Shown: positions 39,386-52,478 of the stretch, piece by piece | How the letters are laid out: each line of letters starts with the position of its first letter | How positions within the stretch are numbered: the stretch's first letter is position 1 | Assembly: GCA_025786725.1 (NCBI GenBank) | Contig: JAHLTZ010000017.1 | Coordinates: 1-64,000, forward strand | Direction: 5' to 3' | DNA length: 64,000 nt | DNA from: Syncephalis fuscata S228 | Taxonomy: Eukaryota; Fungi; Zoopagomycota | Made by a program: the position numbers and the translations under genes | The notes under the pieces: generated by a model | What the model saw: the letters and a program-made list of their open reading frames with translations, nothing else | Told to the model about the DNA's origin: nothing | The model's database searches: none

Positions 39386-41928
39386 TTACACAGCTACATC
39401 TTGATCATAGCCAAATGCTCGATCGAAATCCGTTCGCGTAATTTTACCTCGTTTCATCTTTTTAGCTTCACGTTCTTCACGCTGTAGTTCAGCCCAGTCA
39501 TCTTCCATATCGTCGTCATTGTCGTCATTATCGTTATTATCGTTATTTGCTTCATCGGTTGGTGTTTCGCCAATACCCACTGAGCGTTGAAATGCTTCCG
39601 TCTTTTGTTGGTCAAGATAGGCACGTTTTCGTTCCTTCTTCTCCTTTCGTTCCTTCTTCTTGTCACGGGCAGCTTTGGCATCCGACCAGGCAGTCTTTTT
39701 AAATTTCTTTGGTGCTTCAATATCCGCCTTTAACTTCTCAGCTTTAATTCGCTTCTGGCGAGCCTTTTCGCGAGCTCTATCCGCATACGGAATGTTATCA
39801 ACATCGACGTCAAATGGCTTAAATTCTGACATATCTTTATCCTTCAACTCGGGCATTTTAGGCATCTAATAAATGTTAAATAATAGCTATAGTTGTGTAT
39901 CAAATACCTACCTTTAATAAAGCATAGCTCATAGCTAATCGGCATAAATTCAAATCTTTAATACGAAAGATGTAAACAGCCTCATGTTTTGTATAACTAC
40001 GAACATAGGAGACAAATGCCCGTATACTCTAATATATGAATAGTGAATTAGTATACTAATATAATAGATAGTGGCTACTATAACTTACACGTTCATGTAA
40101 ATCACGATCTTTTGCTACTAAACGACGTAACTCTTCACATAATGCTTCTGCTTCGTCATCTGGCAAATCGATTGATGTTGAAGTTTTTGGTGCTTCATCA
40201 TCTAGTGCCATAGCATCCCGTGCCTCTTCTTCTTCCTCTTCATCATCAATAGATTGCTTTGATAGCGTCAGGTCGGATAACACATATGGATGTCTAATCA
40301 TAGGTATTTTACGAACTCGCATAAAATCTAGTGCCATTAATAAAATGTAATTAAATGGATCATCATTGACTTACCAGCATATACCTCTTCTCTTCCCTTG
40401 CTAAGCAATACAAGAGCACGACCTTGTCGGCCGGCTCGTGCTGTACGACCACATCGATGCGCAAATACTTTTGGATCTTGTGGTGGGTCAAATTGAATTA
40501 CCCAGTCAACATCGGGTATATCAAGGCCACGAGAAGCAACATCAGTGCAGAGTAAGACGGCACCATTACTGGCCGGCAGATTAGTAAATGAATCAAATGT
40601 GGCTATTCATCGTTAATAATGAATACAAATACTAGCAATCAAACTTTAATTAACTTACCTGTTCTTTTCTTGGGGTCTTGTTTGCCATGTAAAGAAAATA
40701 ATGCTATATGTTTTAATCGAGGCAATTTAGATAATAGCTGCTGATAGTCAGTTTATGTCATTATTAGCAAAAGGATTACTTACTCGGCTAAAGTAATCTA
40801 CTACAGCACAGGCTGAAAAGTATACAATGTACTTTTTGCTGGGATCTCGTAGTATAAGTCGTACAAGCTGGGCTAGTTTGCGATCAGGCTGACATACCAA
40901 ATACCCAATCTGCAATCTATAAATATAACACATTATCAGCATCTATTGGCAATTGCATATGATATCATTACTTACGAAGCAGGTGTACGCTGCTCTACAC
41001 CTTGTGCATTGGCATCTTCAACCTTACAGACAATACGTACTGGATTACGTAAGCCGGCTCGTACCAATTCAGATACGGCATCTGTCATAGTCGCTGAAAA
41101 TAAAGCAGTACGTCGTTGTTTGGGTAGCGCACCAACAACAGCACTGATCGACTGACTAAATCCCATATCTAATAGGCTGTAGTGTATAGATTATTCGTGT
41201 TAAAAAGACGTATCGATTAATGTATTTACTATATACATACCGATCTGCCTCATCGAGTACAAGCACATCCAATTCTCGTACATCTATCTGGCCTACATAT
41301 GCCTTACTGGCCAATAGCTCTTCAAGACGACCTGGCGTGCCAACCAGTACACTAGCTCCTTCATTCTCAAATTCACGCAAATCATCTGCGGCTGATCGAC
41401 CACCACCCGTGACCAATTGCACATTAAAATCAACACATGTTTTAAATTGTTCAAACACTTGAAATATTTGACGGGCCAATTCTCTATATTATTGATAAGA
41501 TTATTTTACACAACAACGTATAACTGTATTACCTTGTGGGCGACATAACAATGGCGGCTATTTGTCGCCTATCAAGTGGATCACTTCGACGCAATAGACG
41601 TTCAAGTACAGGGATAACAAACGCTAATGTCTTGCCTGATCCTGTCACAGCCTACAGTAAAGTACTCAATTAATATAATGTACCATATCGACAATCAAGC
41701 TATCTACCTCGGCAACTACATCTTTATTGGCCATAAACAATGGTATCGTGGCTGCTTGTACTGGTGTCATTTGCTGGAATCCCAATAGAGCCAGTGTATC
41801 TAATCTAAATGTCATAAGCTTATTAGACAACATAGAGCCGTAAACACCATGGTAAATACTTACATAGGAGCACTCAATTTTGTAGTGAGTGTACCCCACT
41901 CACCCGCATAAGCAGGTGTGGATTCCAT
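39386..41928 (-). CDS. SPB4: DEAD-box rRNA helicase Spb4/DDX55
   Basis: [68 protein letters not shown]. Confidence 0.93.
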
Positions 41929-42151
41929 ATTGTATATAGTCGTAAAGAATCAAATTGCTAGTTAGATAGTAGAAAAAAAAGAAAAAATTAGTGCACTGTG
42001 TAGATATTTACATTAACTGATTGGTATTCACTACTTATGTGATTTGTACTTTTTCCTTTTAGTTGCTACACTAAACAAGTTATCAAAGAACCGTAAACAA
42101 CGCGTTTATTACTATTGCCGCTTGGTGCTTTTTTGTTGTTTTTTACTTGCT

Positions 42152-44499
42152 ATGTCAGATTCCCAGGACGCCTCCTCTTCTTCTTCTCCTCCTCCTGCTT
42201 CTTCTGATGCTGCAGAAGTTGCTATTACTAAAGTGGTAGCGCCAGTGAGCGAAGAACAGCATGAGCAAGCGGAAGCCGTAAAGACTGAAGCCAATAAACT
42301 GTTCCAAGGTACTCTTAACTACATAGCTACATCATTATAGGCCACCTATAGTTTGTATGTTAAACGTGGCTTTTTATTAATACTGTGAATAGCCAAAAAA
42401 TATACAGAGGCAATAGAAAAGTATAGCAAAGCAATAGAGCTTGATTCCACTGTACCAGCGTATTACTCTAACCGGGCCTTTGCTTATATTAAAACGGAGG
42501 CATTTGGTTATGCTATTGCGTAAGTCTTATTATGATTCATTGTTTAAATAGTCTATAGTTATTTACACATCTATAACGATGGTTTATTTATTCAGCGATG
42601 CCGACAAAGCCATAGAACTTGATTCTAGCTATGCTAAAGTAGGATAAATATCGAGAATGGCTATACAAAATGCTCAAATACACTTTATTTATTTAGGCCT
42701 ATTATCGACGCGCCACGGCCAATATGGCTTTATCTCATTTTAAAAAATCACTTAGCGACTTTCGTATGGTAATAATAATTTATTTGTTTGTATATATACG
42801 TAGTCATCGAATAACCTAGATATAACTATAGGTTGTTAAGCGTGCTCCAGCTGATAAAGATGCACGTCGCCAATTAGTCGAATGTGAAAAGATCGTTCGC
42901 CGTATTGAATTTGAAAAGGCTATTGAAGTTGAAGACGCCGACAAGAGTGTAGCCGATTCTATCGATCTTGATGCTATGTGTAAGAATATTATTCCATTCT
43001 GTCATTGTTAGCATTTTATATACTATGGCTAATGGTAGATTGTTTATACCCTTAGTGGTTGAGGATAGTTATGACGGACCACGTATTAAGCCTGAAGGCA
43101 TTGACGCCGAATTTGTCGATGATATGATGGAACGATTCCGACAAGAAAAGAAGATTCATAGAAAATATGCCTATCAGGTTAGTATTGAGAAATAGTCTGA
43201 TAGTTATAGTACTTATAGGCAATTGATGCTGTAGATTGTACTGGCCATTCGTGAATATATGCTTGAACAGCCATCTTTGATTGAAGTTAACATAGAAAAG
43301 GGCCATTCGCTTACTATTTGTGGTGATGTTCATGGTAAATATGACGACAGTCTAATTAATTGGAAATGTGTTAACTATTTGTACGTTTAATAGGCCAATT
43401 CTACGATTTACTGAATATATTTAAATTGGCTGGTAAACCATCGGATACGCACCACTTTTTGTTCAATGGTGATTTTGTTGATCGTGGTAGTTTCAGTGTT
43501 GAAGTTGTTATTTTACTGTTTGCCTATAAATGGCTCTATCCTAATGGATTCTTCTTGACGCGTGGTAATCACGAAACAAAAGATATGAATCGCATGTATG
43601 GATTTGAAGGAGAGACAAAGTCAAAGTAAGCCATTTATATAATATATATATATATATTATAAGATATAGATAATTAATGACTTTATATTATAATAGATTC
43701 TCTGAATTAATGTACAAGCTATTTTGCGAAACATTTGATACATTGCCGTTAGCACATGTCGTGCAACACAAACTATTTGTTGTTCATGGTGGTCTATTTT
43801 CTCGTGATGATGTCACACTTGATGAAATCAAGGCAATTAATCGATTCCGTCAACCAGGATCTGAAGGTAATTAATTTGTTATTAGGAATTGGTGATATTA
43901 ACATACATCTATGTAATATAGGTCTAATGACTGAGTTGTTATGGGCTGACCCTCAAGAGTTGGTAAGTATTCATGGTATACATATATATTATATATATGT
44001 TACTAATAGCTGTGTAATAGCCTGGCCGATCTCCTAGTAAACGAGGTGTGGGCTTACAATTTGGTCCAGATGTTACTGAAACATTCCTTAAAAACAATAA
44101 TCTTGGCAAGTACCGATGTAATAGTCAATGGATACTAATTACTAATTATATTCTATAATAGAAATGGTTATTCGTAGTCATGAAGTTAAAGATAATGGCT
44201 ATGTCATTGAACATAATGGTAAATGTGTTACTGTATTCTCAGCTCCTAATTACTGGTGAGTAATTTATTTATTAACAATACTACATATTAATTAACGATC
44301 ATATTAGTGATCAAATGGGCAATAAGGGTGCATATATCAATGTGACCGATGAAGGAACCGTTTCTTATCATGTATTTGAATCTGTTGTAAGTGTAGTACA
44401 CTGTATAGATATAAATAGATACTAATTTTATTTTATTAGCCACATCCTAATGTGAAGCCAATGCAATATGCCTCACAATACAGTTTATTGGGTCTGTAA
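42152..44499 (+). CDS. PPT1: Ser/Thr protein phosphatase 5 (TPR + PPP domain)
   Basis: TPR repeats, [45 protein letters not shown]. Confidence 0.95.
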
Positions 44500-44574
44500 C
44501 TGGTTAAATGATGGCTATTATTATTATTATTGCATTTATTATTTGGCTATGAAAGATGAAAGATCAAAGATGAT

Positions 44575-47515
44575 CTACAAGGATGGATCAGTTTGTAGTC
44601 GTTGTTGAATAGCTTCTATAGGTGTTCTACAAAATAAGTAATAGTGAAAATAAAAAAATCAAGAATAAATGTTATTTTGAATACAATAATAGATATGCTA
44701 TTATACGTACTTTCTAGTTGATCTTGGGGGTATTTGTGCTAATAATTGTCGTGTTACTTTACGTGAAAATAGCCAAGATTCACTTGGACGACCATTAGGA
44801 TTGTTACTAGTTTTAATGGTTGTATCAGGACGATCAAGCCATTCTAATAGAAAGCTGTAACAATATTCTAATGTCATTAACAAGCTGGTTAATACAATGC
44901 AATTGCATATTAGTGTTGATTAATGTTAGACTTACGCATGACTGGCATGTAATTAAGCATATCATCCAGTAATTCGAGTGGATAACCTTGCCAATGAAGC
45001 AATTTAAGTACCGGTAATCTTTCTGTCATGAAATCATTAAGAAATGCATAAACAACTCTATTTAATGCAGGGTCATAGTCATCTTTATACATTATCAATG
45101 TTAATGTTAGTATTTAAATAGTAAATGGTTACTTACCCATAGATGTTTTTTGTCGATAACAATAATCAAGACATGATCTTACAACTGTTGTTTCTTGTAA
45201 TAGAATAAATGTATCCATGCCTCTCTATAGATAAATTAGTAATTATTAATACAACTATTGTTGTTATTATATAGTTTGTTATTTACCGAATCGGGTGTTG
45301 TTTTTAAACCGTGTAACATTCTCATAGATCGCTGAGAGCGTAATAACATTAAATAAAGAATCTATAATTGTATGTTAATATATACAAACTATATACTTTT
45401 AGTGTACCTTTAATCGATCATCCAATTCTGTGACTGATGAGGTTGATTCTAATAATGGCGTGTAGAATAAATGGACTTGAAGTAGCTGTGGATCTCTATG
45501 CTTATGTTAATTAGCTATTTACATTAACTATTAAATATCTAATTTACCGATACGGATGATCTTGTAATTGATCTAATAATAAATGCATTAATCGACGAGG
45601 TGATACTGAGGCATCTGCTTGTCGCCTAATATTAGTAGAATGATGTTAATTTATAATAAAGTGATGTAGCCATCTTTGCCTCATTACTGTGCATTACCGT
45701 GTAGCTTCATCATAATCGAGTAGACATCGACTAATGGTAGATAGTTCTGCGGCATAGACAAGTAGTAATGCCACAAATGGTGCTACAATAAGTCCAAATC
45801 GTTCTCTATGTCGACACACTTGAGTTAACCACCAAGTAACATCAACTTGTTCAAGTAATTGACCACCCGTATATAGAGCATCAAATTGACGTCGTTTCTC
45901 GGCCGATTCCATAATAAGTAGTAGTAGCAATAGTGATATGACAATAGTATCTTCGTTGTTTGTTTGTTGATCAATCGTAACTATATCTGTATCTTGTTGA
46001 ATACTAACAAGTAATGAAGGCAAATAATCAGGCACCGTACTTTTGGCACGTATACTAAATAGTTGATTAGTAATTCAGTCTATTATATACATAGAATTGC
46101 ATAATTACTTTGTATATCGCCGTAGCAAGTAAAGTAGAGATGCATGAGGTGGATTAGAGTGCGTAATTAATCGCATATAAATATAATCATCAATAGCTTT
46201 CATATAAGAGGGATTTTGAACTAGACCACTATTAAGAATATCCACCATAATATTATCAGAGGAATTAAGTCGATCTCCTTTTGTCTATATTATTATTATT
46301 ATTATTATTAACCATCTATTTGATGTTATTAATTACTTACCAATGAGCGAGTCATAAGTTTTAATTGTTGAATATCATTAATAGTTAATGGTGCTGATGA
46401 CTGTATACTATTCTCATTACTACTACTACTACTACTACTACTACTTGTAATCATTTGACCAAATGCCATGAAATTCAGTCTATCTAATCATCAATATAGT
46501 CAGAATAGATAAATAAATAGTAGTAATGCTTACCGACAGGCATTGGTATATTCAAAGTTTGTTGTAATAGTTGACGTACAAATGCAGTATCAGCTGAACT
46601 ATATCGAGCAGCTAATGCCACAGCTATTCTACTACGACCCTTTGATTTGATCATTCTATAAATACGACTACTCGTGTCCTAATATTAACAGCTAATAGTT
46701 AGTATTACTAATTGATATGTTATTAATAGGTAATTACTTTGGCCAGCGTCATTAATTGACGTGCTGATAGAATAAGTGTACAAATAATCATATCCTCATA
46801 TCTAGATATATAATATGACTCATTAGTATAATTATAATAACAATACAACTACACTTGTAATTACTTTTCTGACCATGAACGCAAACAACGATCCAATAAA
46901 TATTGAATATGTGTTTCTGGTAATGTCTCTCCTAACCATCCAGTCCATACACATACAAGACGTAGCCAATGAGTATCATGAAGCCACTCATCAATTGAAG
47001 CCATCTAACATAGTAAATGGTTAATACAATAATGAATATATATACACTAAATTACATTAGATGGAAATAATATTGATGTAATTTCTCTTTAAATAACATA
47101 GACCATTCAACTTGTGTATTTGTATTTGATGTTGCTAATAAAGCATCGGCCCATGGAGATGGAAATAATCGATCTAGTACCTGTAACTAATTATATTTAC
47201 TTATGAATAAACTTCAATGGTGCCTATTCTATACACTTACCTCTTCTTCTCTACTATTTGACGGTAGGCCAAGATAGATGTGCGGTAATAGTGATAGAGT
47301 TAATAAAGTGGACCGTATTAGTGGTACGTGTTCTCGATGTTCTTCACCGTGACGTAGTAACTGTTGACTATACTACTGGTCAATATTTATCAGGTACATA
47401 CTACAAGCAATTACCCAACTGTCTCATAATTAACTACGGGTATATCTAGTTGGCCTATCCAAGGAGCGAGTGTATCCAGTATACTGGTACAATCTGACAA
47501 CATGGCATCAGTCAT
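44575..47515 (-). CDS. INTS2: Integrator complex subunit 2-like protein (shortened), many exons
   Basis: VVYAFLNDFMTERLPVLKLLHWQGYPLELLDDMLNYMPVM resembles the INTS2 motif LH..FI..P.LAKLVHFQGYP.ELL......PSMH (recalled); regular GT-AG introns. Confidence 0.6.
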
Positions 47516-47700
47516 AATGGACGTGTTTTAGCCAAGTGTGTCAACATGAAGAAAAAGTCAAGTAAAGACTGTGCTGTTAACAATAGCTCGCAGTGTAACA
47601 CCTTCTTTTCACCTTTTCCTACTCACTTCACTGATCCAACCCTTCTATTCTACCACTTACTGTTTCTATTTCTCGATTGTCTCAGTGTAAATCAACTATT

Positions 47701-49173
47701 ATGGATAACAAGAAGCGTCAATTGGCGTATGCCATACTTGAATTTCTTCGTGATTGTGAACAAGACGGCACGGTAAAGAGTGCCGACACAGAGTCGCTTG
47801 AAGGTAAGCTAGTCTTTGGTAAGTATTAGCTGGTATTGACTGTCGATATAGTGGCCACACAATGTTTGGGCGAGATCTTTAACGTTGATCTGGAGAATCC
47901 AGACCACCAGCGAGAATTGTCTATTAAACCACCAAGCTATCTGGTATATTTGATGTCTTTATTCGTACTCAACAAAAACGCAAGGTAATATGTTATTACA
48001 ATTAAGTACGTTAGTTGTTAATAAAGTGTTTATTTGAATAGGAAGAAGCTACATCAGGTAATAAAGATATGTTAATAGCAATAGTATGTATAATAATGCC
48101 TAATAGCACCAGCCAAGAAAGAATTGAGTGAAACAGATATCAAAGAAGCCGAAGAACTAAAGGCCAAAGGTAATTGATTAATATATAACTGAACAACACT
48201 AACACTAACAATATTGATATAGGTAACCAAGAACTGGCCAATAATAACTCTAGTAAGGCTATAGAGCTCTACACTCAAGCCATTGAGATTAATTCTGAAA
48301 ATGCCATTTATTATTCTAATCGGTAATGATTACAAATTATGTAATTGTATTAAACTGTTAAACTGATCAATACGATAGAGCTGCTGCCTATAGCAGGATA
48401 GAAAAGCATGATATGGCAATTACTGATGCTTTACAAGCATTAAAGATTAATCCTAGCTTTAGCCGTGCTTATAGTCGATTGGGGTACGTAGTGTTGAGGA
48501 AAGCAACAGTTTAATATATTAATGAATTATATATATATATATAGACTTGCTTATTTCAATATTTCTAAATACGCAGAAGCAGTTGAAGCATTTGAAAAAG
48601 GATTGAATCTTGATCCAAATAATCAAATTATGAAAGACTCTCTTGAAACATCTAAACGAAAGTTATCGGAGAATAGCAGTACCACTTCAACTAGAAGTAC
48701 TAATGGAGCAGGTACAGGCACAGGCACAGGTGCCGGTGCTGGTGGTATGCCTGATCTAGCCAGTCTATTAGGCGGTGCCGGTGGTGGTGCCGGTGGCATG
48801 CCTGATATGTCCACGCTACTTAATAATCCAGCTATGATGAACATGGCTTCACAAATGATGCAGAATCCAGAAATGATGCGCATGTAAGTCATTATGGATA
48901 CAGTATAATGGGTAATTAATACACTGTTACACTGTTTATAGGGCACAACAATTTATGGGTGGTGCAGGTGGTGGTAATGGTAGTCAAATGCCCGATATTA
49001 GTGCATTGGCCAGTAATCCAGATATAAGAAATATGTAGGTTGATTTTAAGTAGTAATTAATAGATGTAATTAACTATATTACTCATAGGTTCAATCAATT
49101 TATGAATACAAATAATAATGGTAACAACAACAACAACAACAATGACAGTGATCCTCCACCAAGTTATTCATAA
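47701..49173 (+). CDS. SGT2: Sgt2/SGTA TPR co-chaperone (apparent 1-nt deletion ~47931)
   Basis: N-terminal dimerisation motif AILEFL..ESLEVATQCL, TPRs (AEELKAKGN, YYSNRAAAY, RAYSRLG), GGMPD/NNP C-terminus. Confidence 0.92.
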
Positions 49174-49226
49174 ATTTAAAGTCAATAAATAGTGGTAATA
49201 ATTTGACATAATGTCACTTTATTCAT

Positions 49227-51925
49227 TTACACGGCAGATATAATCTAGAATAGAATAGAATAGAATAGTCATGGTTATTAGTAACTAATATAGTAATAGT
49301 TTGTATGTGTGTCAATTACCTCATCGGCTTGTTGTAGCGCTTTAATCATCTTCTTGCATTCATTGCGACGTTGGACAGTAACCTCACTTTCATGTAAAAG
49401 TTCATCCATGGTGTCGCGTTTATACAATTCTTGCAATAATTCTTTCTGCATTGATTCCTTGGAATGAGCAACTAGATTCAACATAATTGCCTTGGGTACC
49501 ATATCAATCATCGTGCGACGTACAATGTTGAAATAGGATTGAATCAATAGTTCTGTACAAAGTGTACATTGATGGTCAATAAATGGATATATAATACAGT
49601 GTATAAATAGTGCTATTGATCTGCTACTTACTAATGACTTCTGTTTCAACAAATTCACGTTCGGATAAATTGCCAGAGGCTTTGAGAACTGAAGGTGGCT
49701 ATAATTAATAAATATTTTTAGTATTTTATCCATTATATTGTTATCTAGTTGCTACTTACTGCCTCCATGACTGCTCCCTTCTTCTTCTTGGTGCCAGAGG
49801 CAAAGAAACTGCCAAAGAAGCTGGCTGTAGAATAGGATTGATCACCGGATGAGTCAAGGAAGGCATTAAGCGCTGGACTGCCGCCACTGCCATTGCTGCC
49901 AGGCGCTGGTGCTACTGCTGTAACCGACGTGTTGGCTGCACCACCGCCCAATGGATTGCTAAAGCCCAGTCTAGATTTGCTATCATGGGCTGAAGCATTG
50001 GCGGGAGCATTGTTCGGGTTTGCCTTGGGTGTCATACGTTCTTGTACGGCTGCCATGGCTCGGTGACCTGTTAAAAAGTCGGGATGGCCTGTATTGATGT
50101 AGTTGGCCTCCATACCGACCAAGTCGTGGACCAGTTATTGGTTGGGACTAGTGTTCGCTTCAAAAAGGCTACAACAGTTGAATGGAGCTGTTCACGCAGA
50201 CTGGGGAATCGGCGGAACAATGGCTTTTGCAAAAGCTGTGACAGAATACGTAGTAATTCGTCAAAGACTAATGCTACACACTTAAGACTTGGATCTTCTA
50301 GACGCTTGATTTGCTGTTTAACAATCACTTCAAATGCCGTTGTGGCCACGAATAGTGCCGGTGATGAACCCTGTAATTAATAAATATTAATATCAACATT
50401 CATATCAACATTCATATCCACTGTTATCTTACCGATGAGTTGTAAAGAATAGTACGAATATCGACATCCTTTACTTGATCAAATGGATCAATACTCTTGA
50501 TGCCATTCGAATAAACTTCATGGAACACATAACTGATACGGGCACCACCTGACAATTCATTGGTGGCCAGATCATTGCTGCTACCATCAATTACTGTGCG
50601 GAATTCGCTACAGAATTCGGTAATAACGTTAAGAATGAGCGATGCTTGGCCACCCTGTTGTTCGTCGAGTGGATCGCCTAGTGCCATTAATTCTTGTTCA
50701 TACTTAAGCCGCGTTGACTGAATCTTTGCCTTAATATCAGGCAACGTATTGCGAATGTGGTGCATAAGAATGCTATTTAGTTTACGTGCCAAATAAGGAG
50801 TACCACAGAACTGTGTTTTTGTTCGATAAGCCGGATGGTTTTCAAAGAATGCAAGCTCTTTGTCCAGTGCCGATTTAATCGATTTACTCGTTTCGATGTC
50901 TTTTTGGCCGCGATTGATAACTGGTACATAGCCAAGACGTAAAGGAATAATACGGCCTGCTAGAATATCCACTACATCTGTGCCTTGGTCCATAAGATCG
51001 ATCTTGGTCAGTACACCGAGTGTACGTGCACCCTCTGGATCCACTTCACGTGCCATCTTCAATCCGTCCGAATTGGCCAAATCGGTATTACCGCCAGTAA
51101 CGGCGAGAATGATCGAATTTGGCTTTGTAATGTATTTGAAAATCATATCACGGATTTGTTTTTCAATATCCTTTGGCTGATCTCCGACCGGCACCTTAGT
51201 AATACCCGGCAAATCAACCAAGGTCAACGTGAGTACATTAGGAGAGAACACACGTAGTGTAATTGGTTGTGGCGAAATACCTAATAGCAAATTAATAAAA
51301 TAAATAGCTTAATAGCTACAATTCATATACTTACCAGCATTCCGGCCTGTTTTAATTTCTGTATCATGAACAATTTCATCTCGGATCTTGTTAAAGTCGG
51401 TGTATTTTACGCCTGGCTGATGCAAAAATTCACCCCATTCCTCTGGTTCTTCTTGATCTGCCGCAGCATCTATCATAGCATTATTATTATATTTATTATA
51501 TTTATGGTTATAATTATGGTTATTGTTATTATTACTATGGTGACTACTATTGTTTAGTTACCTGATTTTTCATCTTCGGCACCTTCTTTCTTCTTCTTTG
51601 GTATACGATTGATCAATTGCAAGATCTATATCATTTGCTAGTTAGTTATATGCATTTATTATAATATCCACTTACCAATGGTCGACGAGTAACAATGCCT
51701 GTACCGCGAGGTAGAAAGTCTCGTCCAACGATATTTTCCAAGACTGAACTTTTACCGCTACTTTGGCTATATAGCGTATATATTAGCAGATGCATGTAGT
51801 ATACCTCTAGACTGGACTTACCTGCCAATAACGACAATCTGTGGTAAATCGACTGGATTGTACACGCCTACTGTAGCAAATGCATCTTGCAGCTTGTTGA
51901 CGGTTTTAATAAGCTGATTGTCCAT
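49227..51925 (-). CDS. VPS1: Dynamin-like GTPase Vps1 (apparent 1-nt deletion ~50138)
   Basis: [77 protein letters not shown]. Confidence 0.93.
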
Positions 51926-52478
51926 GGTGGCACTGATGGCAGCAGTGGGCCGCTAAATAGATAGATAGACAGATAGGTAGATAGACAAAGACCGCGTGAG
52001 AGATGCTTCACGATAAAGGAAACGAGGCGAAGAAGAGTAGAGTTAATGAAAGAGCGAGTAAGTGAGCGATGAAGGAAGAAGGCAAGTGAGCATTAAAGTG
52101 GGTGCGTATGAATGATATGGAATTTACTTATTGGATCGTCATTGATCATCGTAATCGATAATAAAGTAGTGATGTCTAATAATAATAATAATAATAATAA
52201 TAATTAGTAGATGGCTTATCTCAATTGATTGATTTCTATTATTACACTTTGTTATCTAAATTTATTAACTTTTACTATTACATTAGTATAACTTGACTCA
52301 CACACACACACACACACACACACCACTACAACAAAATATTGTATTTTACCACTTTTTATCATTAAGTAATAGTATACAACACAGCTATTTGAGATATACA
52401 TCAACAAAGAACGAAGAAAAAGCGTGCACGTTCGTTTCGTTCAAATACTGCCCATTGTTGTATCTATTGCTACAACGT

